Assembly (NCBI RefSeq): GCF_938045595.1 | Contig: NZ_CALIBB010000123.1 | Location: 1 to 52,971 of the forward strand | Reading direction: 5' to 3' | Source: an uncultured Campylobacter sp. | GTDB lineage: Bacteria > Campylobacterota > Campylobacteria > Campylobacterales > Campylobacteraceae | DNA length: 52,971 nt | Shown: piece by piece, positions 20,006 through 29,498 of the stretch | Position numbering within the stretch: position 1 is the stretch's first letter | Layout of the letters: each line of letters begins with the position of its first letter | Made by a program: the position numbers and the translations under genes | Notes under the pieces: model-generated | The model's input: only the letters and a program-made list of their open reading frames with translations | Told to the model about the DNA's origin: nothing | Databases searched by the model: none

Positions 20006-22132
20006 ATGAAATTTATTAAAATTTTACTTTTATCCGCGATCTTTAGCTCGCGGATATTTGCGTGCGCTCTGTGCGCCCTATACACGCCTACTGCGCACGT
20101 TAGCATTACCCCTGTCGCACAAGACGGCAAGATCGTGAGCCTGCATTTTTCGTGGCTTTTCTCTCAAAATTTTACCGACGTCATAATGCAGACCTACGAT
20201 ATAAATTCCAATGCCAAGCTTGAAAATAGCGAGCTTGCCGAGATAACCAAGGCGATGACCGATTATCTAACCCCCAAAAACTATCTTTGCGAGGCGGAAT
20301 TCTACGATCAAGCGCCAAAAAACGCAAAGCCCGCGCTTAGCAACCTCGTAGGCACGCAAATCAAGGGAAATTTTAAAAACGCAATAAGCCTCGTCAAAAA
20401 GGGCAGACTCGTGTTTGAGTTCGATCAAAAGGTCGGCTTCGAGCTGCGAAACGGCCGCGTTCTTAAAATTTCCATTAACGACGATCAGGGATTTTTCAAT
20501 TTCAAAATGCTTGACGACAAGCCCATTAATCTAGGCGAGGGCTTTGTAGCGAAGCCTAATTCAAATTTAGCCACCACTTTTATAGAATTTAGCGGCGAAA
20601 AGCCAAAGATCGCAGATAAAAAACCGCCAATTTCAGGCGCGCTGGACTCCGATTTAGCGCAGGATAGCCTTGCATCTAGCGAGCAAGGCCTTGCGGGCTC
20701 AGAGAGCAAACTTGCGCAAGGCGGTCAAGATAAACCGAATGCCAGCTCGGCGCGCAAATCAAACCAAAGATCCGTCGGCGACATCGTTTCGGAAGCTGCA
20801 GCAGAGGCGCAAAAAAATATAGCCGCTTCGGATACTATCGCGCAGATTAATAAAGCCGCCAAAAAGGACGCGCAGGTAAAAGGTGGTCCCGCAAATTCCG
20901 ACCGCCTTAGTAGCGAAAGCTTAAAGGTCGCTGCAAAAAACAGCGAAAATGCCGCAGCTTCTTTAGGCGATGATTCAAATTTAGCGCAAAATAACGCGAG
21001 CAAAAACGGCGCCACATCCGACAGCGACGAGATTTCAAGCGAGCAGCACAAAGAGGTCTCGCTGGGATTTGTCGCGCAAAAGACGATGGATTTTATGAAA
21101 AGCCTCAAAACGGCGTTTCGCGCAAGCAGCGAGCATGCAAGCGCAAGCACCATCCTATGGGTCTTGGCGCTTTCTTTCATATACGGCTTTTTCCACGCGG
21201 CGGGTCCTGGGCACGCGAAGCTGCTAACGGCGAGCTATTTCTTAGCCCATGGCGGCAGCTACGTCAAGGCCTTTGGATTTGCCCTTAAAATCGGGCTTCT
21301 ACACGTACTAGGAGCACTCGTTTTAGTAAGCGCGAGCATGTTCGTGCTGCAAAACGTTGCAGGGCTCGTCTCTGCAAACTCCGCCTCGATCACAACGAAA
21401 ATTTCGGCACTTCTGATCATCGTCATAACGGCGCTCATCATCTACGACAAAGCTCGCCGCGTAAGATCGGGCGCCCACCACGATGCGGGCTGCTCCTGCG
21501 CCGCTTGCGCTTCCGCCGCAAATACCTCAGAGACGGGCGCCCACTTAAAAAATACGGCATTTACAAACGCCGGGGATTCCGCTCACGCAGCGTCAAAGAG
21601 CTATAAATTTTCTAAATTTAATATTCAAAGTGACGAATCCGCGCAGCATTTAGATACTGAAAATTCGGGCGCCACAACGGCAGAGCTAAATTCAAATTTA
21701 AATTTAAACGCAAGCCTAGAGGAAAACTCGTCTAGCCAAAACGAGCAAAAACAGACTTTGAATTCTACAAATTCCAAAAACCAAACCTCGTCTCGCTCGC
21801 TACAAAATGGCGCGACTGGCGGTGGCGAGAAAGGGCGAGAGTGGCTTATCGCGCTTGCTGCGGCGCTCGTGCCATGCCCAGGCACGATCCTGATTTTCGT
21901 GCTTGCCTTCAGCCTCGGAAGCTTCGCGCTTAGCGTCGCAAGTGCGCTTTTCATCGGTTTTGGAATGAGCGTCGTGATATTTTTAGCCGCGCTTTTCGGC
22001 GCGAAAGCAAACGAACTAAGCTCAAAGCGGCTCGTAAGCTTGAAGCTATACGTCGAATTTTTGGGGCTTTTCGTGATGTTCGGGCTCGGGATTTTTATGT
22101 ATTTCATCTCAGACAGCCTCAGGATACTGTGA
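20006..22132 (+). CDS. Fusion of a DUF1007-like periplasmic domain and an RcnA/HoxN-family metal transporter
   Basis: Signal peptide then CALC and an EF-hand-like YDINSNAKLENSE. The C-terminal half has YGFFHAAGPGHAK and LVPCPG motifs with multiple TM helices. Confidence 0.8.
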   Translation: MKFIKILLLSAIFSSRIFACALCALYTPTAHVSITPVAQDGKIVSLHFSWLFSQNFTDVIMQTYDINSNAKLENSELAEITKAMTDYLTPKNYLCEAEFYDQAPKNAKPALSNLVGTQIKGNFKNAISLVKKGRLVFEFDQKVGFELRNGRVLKISINDDQGFFNFKMLDDKPINLGEGFVAKPNSNLATTFIEFSGEKPKIADKKPPISGALDSDLAQDSLASSEQGLAGSESKLAQGGQDKPNASSARKSNQRSVGDIVSEAAAEAQKNIAASDTIAQINKAAKKDAQVKGGPANSDRLSSESLKVAAKNSENAAASLGDDSNLAQNNASKNGATSDSDEISSEQHKEVSLGFVAQKTMDFMKSLKTAFRASSEHASASTILWVLALSFIYGFFHAAGPGHAKLLTASYFLAHGGSYVKAFGFALKIGLLHVLGALVLVSASMFVLQNVAGLVSANSASITTKISALLIIVITALIIYDKARRVRSGAHHDAGCSCAACASAANTSETGAHLKNTAFTNAGDSAHAASKSYKFSKFNIQSDESAQHLDTENSGATTAELNSNLNLNASLEENSSSQNEQKQTLNSTNSKNQTSSRSLQNGATGGGEKGREWLIALAAALVPCPGTILIFVLAFSLGSFALSVASALFIGFGMSVVIFLAALFGAKANELSSKRLVSLKLYVEFLGLFVMFGLGIFMYFISDSLRIL

Positions 22133-22372
22133 TCGCAAAATTTAAACGCAAATTTCAAAGGCGGCTCGCGTGAAATATAAGTTTACGCGATACGTTAAAT
22201 TTTAAATCCGGTGCGAATTGTTTTCAGAATATTAAGATTTTAAAATTTGCGCCGCACGGACTGCATAAATTAAGCTCCGATCTCGACCATTCAATTATGC
22301 GGCGGAATTCGCTCTTTATGAATTCCGCTAAATTTCGCTACAATACGGGCGAAATTTTTATCAAGGATAGAT

Positions 22373-23323
22373 ATGTCGCCTTCTTTGCAAGATGCTATTT
22401 CACAGACTTTAATCGAACAAAAAGCGTGCGCTAGAGTTTTTAATAGATATTACTACCTCAGTATAGCCGCCTTTTTTGCGGTCCTGTTCGTATTAGTGTT
22501 TCTAAACGGCGTTAAAGCAGACACTCCTCTAATAAAAATTGCCGAATTTTCGAGCGTCTTGATCCTTTTTCAGATCTTTTGGATATTTCTTATGCATTGC
22601 GCCAGTCAAGAAAGCGAAGCGGAAATTCGCTACTATAAATTTTACAAAGAGATATTCGTCCGCGCCGTAATAAACGATATAGATGCCAGTTTAAAATACG
22701 ATCCATATACCGGCATGCAAGAAGAGGAATTTCAAAAATTTAGAATTTATAGGAAATCTAGGATCAAAAGCGAGGATCGGATTGCGGGCGCGCACTGCGG
22801 GATTAAATTTAGCCTAAGCGAGGTACATAGTAATGGTAGGTTTTACATGAAAACGGATAATCCGCTCATAGCGGCGATTATGTTGATCAAAATATTCTAC
22901 GATAACTATATGGACTTTGACGGCAACGTACTGATCTGCGAGCTCGCGAAAAAAACCTCGGGTAAAACGATAGTGGTAAGCAGGGAGCTAAACGCCAAGA
23001 TCTTCGGCGAAAAAGAGATGATGGACGATGTGGATTTTATGCGCGATTTTCGCGTGTTTGCGGATGACAAAGTGGAAGCGCGCTATCTGCTAACGCCCGC
23101 GTTTATGGAGCGTCTGCGCGAAATAAATCGCGAAACGAGCGGCGAGTTTAGCTTGAGCGCGGTATTTATGGATGAGCACTTATATCTATTTTTAAAAGGT
23201 GCGCCCGATCTTTTTGAAACTACTCTTTTTGATAGGCCTGCTAGCATAGAGCTCGCGCGCGAATACCAAACGCAGATCCGCAAAATTTTAAGCCTAATCG
23301 AGACACTAAAACTCTCAAACTAG
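22373..23323 (+). CDS. DUF3137-like membrane-anchored protein
   Basis: Two N-terminal TM helices; EDRIAG and FRVFADDKVEARYLLTPAFMERL motifs. Confidence 0.78.
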   Translation: MSPSLQDAISQTLIEQKACARVFNRYYYLSIAAFFAVLFVLVFLNGVKADTPLIKIAEFSSVLILFQIFWIFLMHCASQESEAEIRYYKFYKEIFVRAVINDIDASLKYDPYTGMQEEEFQKFRIYRKSRIKSEDRIAGAHCGIKFSLSEVHSNGRFYMKTDNPLIAAIMLIKIFYDNYMDFDGNVLICELAKKTSGKTIVVSRELNAKIFGEKEMMDDVDFMRDFRVFADDKVEARYLLTPAFMERLREINRETSGEFSLSAVFMDEHLYLFLKGAPDLFETTLFDRPASIELAREYQTQIRKILSLIETLKLSN

Positions 23324-23945
23324 CAGGACGCATTACGGCTTAAATTTTGTATTGGCTGAATTTAGGCCAGGTGGAATTTTTAACGAAGCGTAGTTTCGAC
23401 AAAAACGTAAAATTTAATCAGCGGCGCAATCGCTCGGCGGCTGTTCAAAATTTAAACGAGTGATACGATTAGAGAGATGAAGCGCCTGCCGCAAATAAAT
23501 TTGAAGCAAAAGCGCCTTGCCGTGTCTAATAAAATAAATTTAACGCTCCGATGCTTCCTGGAAGCGACTCTTGCTTAGCTCTTCATGCCCAAAATAATTT
23601 TACCGCGTTTTGCATCGCAGCCTCTAGCTTTTAGTACCAAACCCGCATAGCGGCAAAATTTAATCGGCAGCGCTGAGATGATGAAATTTAAAAGTAGATC
23701 CGCAAAGACGAAATTTAAATTTAAAAACAAGTCCCCCGACGAGAGTTAAATTTCCCGCATAAACGGCGTTTGCAAAAGCCGCACGCTAAAAGGTATCTGC
23801 TCGGACGCATACCGCAACGCACCTCAAGCGCTAGCTCTGCACGTACGTCAAGTTCCGCTAAAATCCTCGCCACGCGTTCCTGCATCGTCTCATAAAACAC
23901 CATCGTAGGCTGGATTGTAAATTTAAATTATTAAAGAATTTGGAT

Positions 23946-23970
23946 GAGGCGAAATTTTAAATTCCGCCTC
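23946..23970 (-). terminator. Hairpin downstream of serA
   Basis: GAGGCGAAATTT-T-AAATTCCGCCTC inverted repeat 15 nt after the serA stop. Confidence 0.6.
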
Positions 23971-23985
23971 CTAAGCGGAAAGGGA

Positions 23986-25563
23986 TTAAAGTGCCGCGTA
24001 GCGCACCATTAGGCAGGTTTGAAGAGCCGCCAGCTTATCGAGCGTGCTTTTTTGCACTTCGGAATCGACCAAAATGACCGCCAAAGCGTCCCCCTCCTCG
24101 CCTCTGCCTAGGCGGAAGTCCGCAATATTGATGTTTTCGTCGGCTAGGATCGTGCTTACGGATTTGATAACGCCCGGCACGTCGGTGTTTTTAAAGATTA
24201 TCATCTTGCCCTTCGGCTTAAAATCGGTCTTAAATCCACCGATATTTACGATACGCTCCTCACTTCCGTCAAAGACCGTACCAGCGACATTTGAGATCGC
24301 CTCGTCGGTCATAATTTTTACCGCGATCTCGCTTTTATAGACGCTGTTTGCAAGCTCGCCAAAGCTCGTCTCAATCCCCTTTTCATCCGCAAGAAATTTA
24401 GCGTTGACGTAATTTAGCGAGTCGCCCAAAGAATCGTGCAGTGCGCCTACGATTGCAAAAACGAGCATCGATTTTAGATACTGCACCACCTCGCCGCTGC
24501 CCTCGATGCGAATCGATTTGATCGGGCCTTTGTTGATCTGCGCCGCAAGATAGGCCATTTTCGAGACCAAATTTATATACGGCTCAATACCGCGCGGCAG
24601 ATCCTCGAGCTTAAGCGGCAAATTTAAAGCGTTTGGATAGTTTAAGCCGCGCGCGGCGCTGATCGCCTGCTCTGCGGCTTCCCGGGCGATATTGCTTTGC
24701 GATTCGAGAGTATTTGCTCCAAGATGCGGAGTCGCGCTTAAATTTTCGATATCCAAAAGCTCGTGATCGGTCGCAGGCTCTTTGTCGAAAACGTCGATGC
24801 CGAGATACGCGATCTTGCCGCTGCGTAGATTGTTTGCAAGCGCTTTTTCATTATACAGCCCGCCTCTAGCGCAGTTTATTAGGCGCACACCGTCTTTCAT
24901 CTTCGCTATTTGCGGCTCGCCTACCATATTTATCGTCTCTTGATTTTTCGGCGTATGGATCGTGATGAAATCGCAAGATAAAATTTCGTCGAAATTTTTC
25001 GTATATTTTACTCCGAGCTTCGTGGCCTTCTCAGGCTCGATATAGGGATCATAGGCGATGACGTTCATCCCAAACGCAAGCGCGCGAACCCCCACGCGCG
25101 AACCGATGTTTCCAAAGCCGATGATGCCGAGGCTCTTTTTATAAAGCTCGGTGCCGTACCATTTCTCGCGCTTCCAAATTCTATTAATTTTTAGATCGTT
25201 GCAGGAATTTACATATTTGCGCGCCGCATTTAGCAGATGGCACATGGTCATTTCGACCGCGGCGATGGTGTTTGCCGTAGGTACGTTCATCAAAATAATG
25301 CCGCGCTTGGAACAGCCGTCAATATCGCAGTTATCGACGCCTACGCCTGCGCGCACGATCGCTTTTAGCTTGGTGCCGGCATTTAGAAATTTCTCATCCA
25401 CCGCTGTAGAGCTTCTGGTAATCGCGACGTCCGCATCGCCTAAAATTCCGTATAGCTCGCTCTTGGGCACGTTAGTAGCGTCGATTACTCTAACATCCGA
25501 TTCCTGCTTAAGCAGATCAAAACCGATTTTGTGGATTGCGTCGCAGACTATGATAGTTTTCAT
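23986..25563 (-). CDS. serA: D-3-phosphoglycerate dehydrogenase (long form with ACT domain)
   Basis: RAGVGVDN, GIIGFGNIG, INCARGG and TPHLGANTLE motifs; C-terminal ACT domain (DVPGVI). Confidence 0.96.
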   Translation of the reverse strand: MKTIIVCDAIHKIGFDLLKQESDVRVIDATNVPKSELYGILGDADVAITRSSTAVDEKFLNAGTKLKAIVRAGVGVDNCDIDGCSKRGIILMNVPTANTIAAVEMTMCHLLNAARKYVNSCNDLKINRIWKREKWYGTELYKKSLGIIGFGNIGSRVGVRALAFGMNVIAYDPYIEPEKATKLGVKYTKNFDEILSCDFITIHTPKNQETINMVGEPQIAKMKDGVRLINCARGGLYNEKALANNLRSGKIAYLGIDVFDKEPATDHELLDIENLSATPHLGANTLESQSNIAREAAEQAISAARGLNYPNALNLPLKLEDLPRGIEPYINLVSKMAYLAAQINKGPIKSIRIEGSGEVVQYLKSMLVFAIVGALHDSLGDSLNYVNAKFLADEKGIETSFGELANSVYKSEIAVKIMTDEAISNVAGTVFDGSEERIVNIGGFKTDFKPKGKMIIFKNTDVPGVIKSVSTILADENINIADFRLGRGEEGDALAVILVDSEVQKSTLDKLAALQTCLMVRYAAL

Positions 25564-25587
25564 TAAATTTAACCTTTAGAAGTAGGT

Positions 25588-25611
25588 CCGCAAGGCGGGG
25601 ATGCCTTGCGG
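25588..25611 (-). terminator. Hairpin between rpsA and serA
   Basis: CCGCAAGGC/GCCTTGCGG 9-bp GC-rich stem; weak U tail. Confidence 0.5.
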
Positions 25612-25617
25612 GAGGAA

Positions 25618-27285
25618 TTATTTATTTAGTTGATCTTTGATCAGATCCCCTAGGCTTTGCTTCTCGTCGTCGTTGCTATTGATCTCGTTTAGCGCCTCGC
25701 GCTCCTTCTGATGAGCCAGTCTGCGCACGCTTAGGCGGATTCTGTTTTTCTTCTCATCGATGAAAGCGATCGCAGCCTCGATCTCGTCGCCTACTTTTAG
25801 GCTATCTACGCTTACGTTGCCAAGATCTTCCTTGCGGATAAGCGCGTCGATACCGCCTCCAAGCTCGACAAAAATTCCGAACTCTTTAATATCGCGGATC
25901 TTGCCTTTTACGACATCGCCTTGATTGTGGCTCTTGGCATAATCGCTAATAGGGCTATCGCCGAGCTCTTTGTGATTTAGAGAAATTTTTTGAGTATCTT
26001 TGTCGATCTTAATGATCTTAACCTCGATCTCGTCGCCTACTTTGAATAAATTTTTGCACTTCTCGCCGCGATCCCACGAAGCGTCCTCGTTATGCAAGAG
26101 TCCCTCTACGCCATCGATCCTCACAAACGCGCCGAAGTTTGTAATCGTAGTGACGCTGCCTTTTAGCACGTCGCCCACTTTATGCTTAGCAACAAACTCG
26201 TCAAAAGGCTTGGTGAGTAAATTTTTAAGGCTCACGCGCAGCCTGCGCTCGCTAGGATTGATCTCTACGACTTCGACGTCAAGCTCCTCGCCCTCGCTGA
26301 TGAAATCTTTCGGATTTTTGATATTTTTATCCCACGAAATTTCGCTGATATGCAAAAAGCCCTCGATGTCGTTGCCAAGATCGACAAACGCGCCGTAAGG
26401 CTCGATATTACTTACTTTTACGCGGATAGTATCGCCCACTTCCAGGCTATCTTTGATCTCGTTCCAAGGATCTGGCATCGCTTCTTTAATCGAAAGGGAG
26501 AGATGCTTTTTATCGTTGTCGTATTTGATAACTTTAACCGGGACCTTATCGCCCTCTTTGTAGAGCGAGCTTGGATTTACAGGACCTTTGTATGAAATTT
26601 CGCTGTAGTGCACGAGCCCGTCCACGCCGCCTACGTCTACGAACATACCGTAGGTGGTGATCTTTTTGACGACGCCTTCGATGATGCCCTCGGTAGCGAT
26701 TACTTTCTCGATCGCCTCTTTGCTTGCTTTGCGATCCTCATCAAGTAGCTTCTTGCGCGATACTACGATGCTTTGTTCATCTCTATCGACCTTGATGATC
26801 TTTACTTTGAAATTTTTACCGACGGCGCCATTTGGGTTTTTAAGCGCACTTTGCGAGCGCGGCATAAAAAATTCCACATCATCTGCGTTAGCACAAACGA
26901 AACCGCCCTTATTAAACGATAGAATTTTAACGTCATAGACATTTTCTGCGTTTTCATTATAGGAGTCGATGAACGCCTTTACTTTTTCCTTCTTTAGGGC
27001 CTTTTTATACGATACGACCGGGCGACCGCCTCTGCTTCCGATAATAGCGACTTTGATGTCATCTCCTACGTTAACCTGCGGGTTTCCTTGATCGTCGCTC
27101 ACCTCGGCGGCGTCCAAAATGCCCTCCGACTTCCTGCCTACGTCTATGAAAACCTCACTGTCCTTAAGGGCGATAACCTTACCTGTGACGACCTCGTCGC
27201 GAGACTTCCCGGCGTCATACTCCTCTAACAATGTCGCAAAATCTTCCTCTGCGTGGTTTTGAACCTTCTCGTTCACCTCAGCCAT
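25618..27285 (-). CDS. rpsA: 30S ribosomal protein S1
   Basis: Six S1 repeats (YGMFVD, YGAFVD, FGAFV, FGIFVE; GLVHYSEIS, GFLHISEISW). Confidence 0.97.
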   Translation of the reverse strand: MAEVNEKVQNHAEEDFATLLEEYDAGKSRDEVVTGKVIALKDSEVFIDVGRKSEGILDAAEVSDDQGNPQVNVGDDIKVAIIGSRGGRPVVSYKKALKKEKVKAFIDSYNENAENVYDVKILSFNKGGFVCANADDVEFFMPRSQSALKNPNGAVGKNFKVKIIKVDRDEQSIVVSRKKLLDEDRKASKEAIEKVIATEGIIEGVVKKITTYGMFVDVGGVDGLVHYSEISYKGPVNPSSLYKEGDKVPVKVIKYDNDKKHLSLSIKEAMPDPWNEIKDSLEVGDTIRVKVSNIEPYGAFVDLGNDIEGFLHISEISWDKNIKNPKDFISEGEELDVEVVEINPSERRLRVSLKNLLTKPFDEFVAKHKVGDVLKGSVTTITNFGAFVRIDGVEGLLHNEDASWDRGEKCKNLFKVGDEIEVKIIKIDKDTQKISLNHKELGDSPISDYAKSHNQGDVVKGKIRDIKEFGIFVELGGGIDALIRKEDLGNVSVDSLKVGDEIEAAIAFIDEKKNRIRLSVRRLAHQKEREALNEINSNDDEKQSLGDLIKDQLNK

Positions 27286-27397
27286 ATGCTTCCTTTAAAT
27301 TTATTTGTGCTTTTTTGAAAAGAACTAAAATGCGCGATTCTAGCCAAAATTTGCTTTCGATTTGATAAATTTCTAAGAGTAAATTTGATAAGAGGGC

Positions 27398-28234
27398 TTA
27401 TAAATTCTGCGTTAGACTTTCGATTCTCGCTACTACTTTTTTGATGATCCAATCAGGCGTGCTAGCTCCTGCAGAGATGCCGCAGAGGCTTTTGTTTTCA
27501 AACCACGAGCGTTCAAGCTCGCTTTCGTTTTCTATAAGGTAGCTGTCTTTGCAAAAATTTTGCGAAATTAAAAAAAGTTGCTTGGTGTTGGAGGAATTTT
27601 TTCCGCCTACGATTATCATCACGTCAGCCTTTTGAGACAGGCTTTTTACCGCCTCTTGATTTTCCAGCGTCGCATTGCAAATCGTATTAAAAATTCTCAG
27701 CTCCCTAGCGCGCTGCATCAAAAAATCCGCAATTTTGGTAAAGCTTTCTATCTTTTTCGTAGTCTGCGAAACGAGCGCGACGCGCGAGCCGAGCTTGACG
27801 TCTTGCAGTTCCTTCGTATCCATGATCACGAATACGCGCGATTTTGCGTAGGATTTCACGCCCTTTACCTCGGGATGATTTTTATCGCCGAAGATCACAA
27901 TGTCGTAACCCTCCGCGCTCATCTTTTCTACGATCTGCTGCGGCTTAGTCACAAAGGGGCAGGTAGCGTCGATGAGCTGCTTGTTTTGCGCTTTTAGGTT
28001 TTGCAGATCGTCCTTTTGGATGCCGTGCGTGCGGATGATGAGCTTTTGCTCGTCCTTGATCTCGCTAACGCCCCCCAGGGTTTTGACGCCGAAATTTTGC
28101 CTTAGCCTATTAATCTCTTCGGCGTTATGTATGAGTTCGCCGATCGTAGCGGCCTCGCCGGCGCTTTCTGCGATCTTGATCGCGCGCTTGACGCCGAAGC
28201 AAAAGCCGTAGCTTTTGGCCATCTCAATCTTCAA
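27398..28234 (-). CDS. ispH: 4-hydroxy-3-methylbut-2-enyl diphosphate reductase
   Basis: GFCFGVKRA, DATCPFV, NTICNAT, SSNT and AGASTP motifs. Confidence 0.97.
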   Translation of the reverse strand: MKIEMAKSYGFCFGVKRAIKIAESAGEAATIGELIHNAEEINRLRQNFGVKTLGGVSEIKDEQKLIIRTHGIQKDDLQNLKAQNKQLIDATCPFVTKPQQIVEKMSAEGYDIVIFGDKNHPEVKGVKSYAKSRVFVIMDTKELQDVKLGSRVALVSQTTKKIESFTKIADFLMQRARELRIFNTICNATLENQEAVKSLSQKADVMIIVGGKNSSNTKQLFLISQNFCKDSYLIENESELERSWFENKSLCGISAGASTPDWIIKKVVARIESLTQNL

Positions 28235-29498
28235 CGCCGGCTCCGATCTGTCTTAAAATCGCGGTGAAGTTCGGAAACGACGTCGCGATACAATCGCTAT
28301 CCTCGATGATCATCCCCGATCTTAGGCCTAAAATCGCAAAACTCATTGCGATACGGTGATCGCCGCACGGCGTGATGATCGCCGCGTTCGCCTCGCCGCC
28401 TTCGATCTGCCAGCCGTCCTGCAGCTCGCGCGCCTTGATACCGCAGGCGCGAAGCCCTTCGCAGGTTACCTTTATGCGGTCGCACTCCTTTACGCGCAGC
28501 TCGGCGGCATTTTTAAGCACGCTACTTCCCTGCGCGCAGGCAAAGGCGATCGCAAGCGCAGGCGCCTCGTCTATCAGCCACGAGATATTTTCGCTCACCT
28601 CCACGGCGTGAAGCGGCGCGTAAGCGATCTCTATATCGCCGATCTGCTCGTAAATTTCGCTCGTTTTATGAAATTTTACCTCGGCGCCCATGCGTTTTAA
28701 AATTTCATACGCCTCTATGCGGGTTTTGTTTAGCAGCATATTTTTTAGCACGATGCGCGAGCCTGGGATTATCGCTGCGGCTACGGCGAAGAAAAACGCC
28801 GAGCTGGGGTCGTTTGGGATAAAAATTTCAAGCGGTCTAAGCGGCGAGCTAAGCGCTGCGACTTCAATCGCAAGACCGTTTTGCGAAATTTGCGCACCCA
28901 TCGCTTTTAGCATCCGCTCGCTATGATCGCGGCTAAGCTCTGGCTCGCTAAATTTACACCCGCTGCCGCGCAAGGCCGCTAAAATAAGAGCGGTCTTTAC
29001 CTGCGCGGACGCAATTTTACTCGCGTATTCAAAATACCCGAGCTTTTGCCCCAGCACCGCGATCGGCGCCTTTTCGCCGCCTGCTCGTCCGTAAATTTTA
29101 GCGCCCACCTTGCAAAGCGGATCCGCAACGCGCCTCATCGGACGCTCGCTTAGATACCGATCGCCACACAGCACGAAAAATCCCTCGCGTCCTGCTAAAA
29201 AGCCCATAAATAGCCGCATAGCGGTGCCAGAGTTGCCGCAATCAAGCGGAACGTTAGGCTCTTTGATAACCTCCGGCGGAGTGATTAAAATTTCGCTCGC
29301 ATCGCGCTGCACGCAAGCACCCAAAAGCTCCACGATCTTTAGCGTATTTAGCGTATCCTCGGCGGCTAGATAGTTTGAAATTTTACTCGTCCCCTCCGCT
29401 AGCAGCGAAAAAATCGCCGCACGGTGCGAGATCGATTTATCCGCGGCGATATTTGAGATCTCCGCCCGCAAAGGGCCCGCTTGCGCAAAAATTCTCAT
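28224..29498 (-). CDS. aroA: 3-phosphoshikimate 1-carboxyvinyltransferase
   Basis: DKSISHRA, DCGNSGTAMR, SAQVK, LRVKECDRI and DHRIAM motifs. Confidence 0.97.
   Translation of the reverse strand: MRIFAQAGPLRAEISNIAADKSISHRAAIFSLLAEGTSKISNYLAAEDTLNTLKIVELLGACVQRDASEILITPPEVIKEPNVPLDCGNSGTAMRLFMGFLAGREGFFVLCGDRYLSERPMRRVADPLCKVGAKIYGRAGGEKAPIAVLGQKLGYFEYASKIASAQVKTALILAALRGSGCKFSEPELSRDHSERMLKAMGAQISQNGLAIEVAALSSPLRPLEIFIPNDPSSAFFFAVAAAIIPGSRIVLKNMLLNKTRIEAYEILKRMGAEVKFHKTSEIYEQIGDIEIAYAPLHAVEVSENISWLIDEAPALAIAFACAQGSSVLKNAAELRVKECDRIKVTCEGLRACGIKARELQDGWQIEGGEANAAIITPCGDHRIAMSFAILGLRSGMIIEDSDCIATSFPNFTAILRQIGAGVED

Noticed and set aside
23721..23903. 60-aa ORF downstream of serA
   Set aside because: Lies beyond the serA hairpin, with no clear RBS or motif; cannot be supported.
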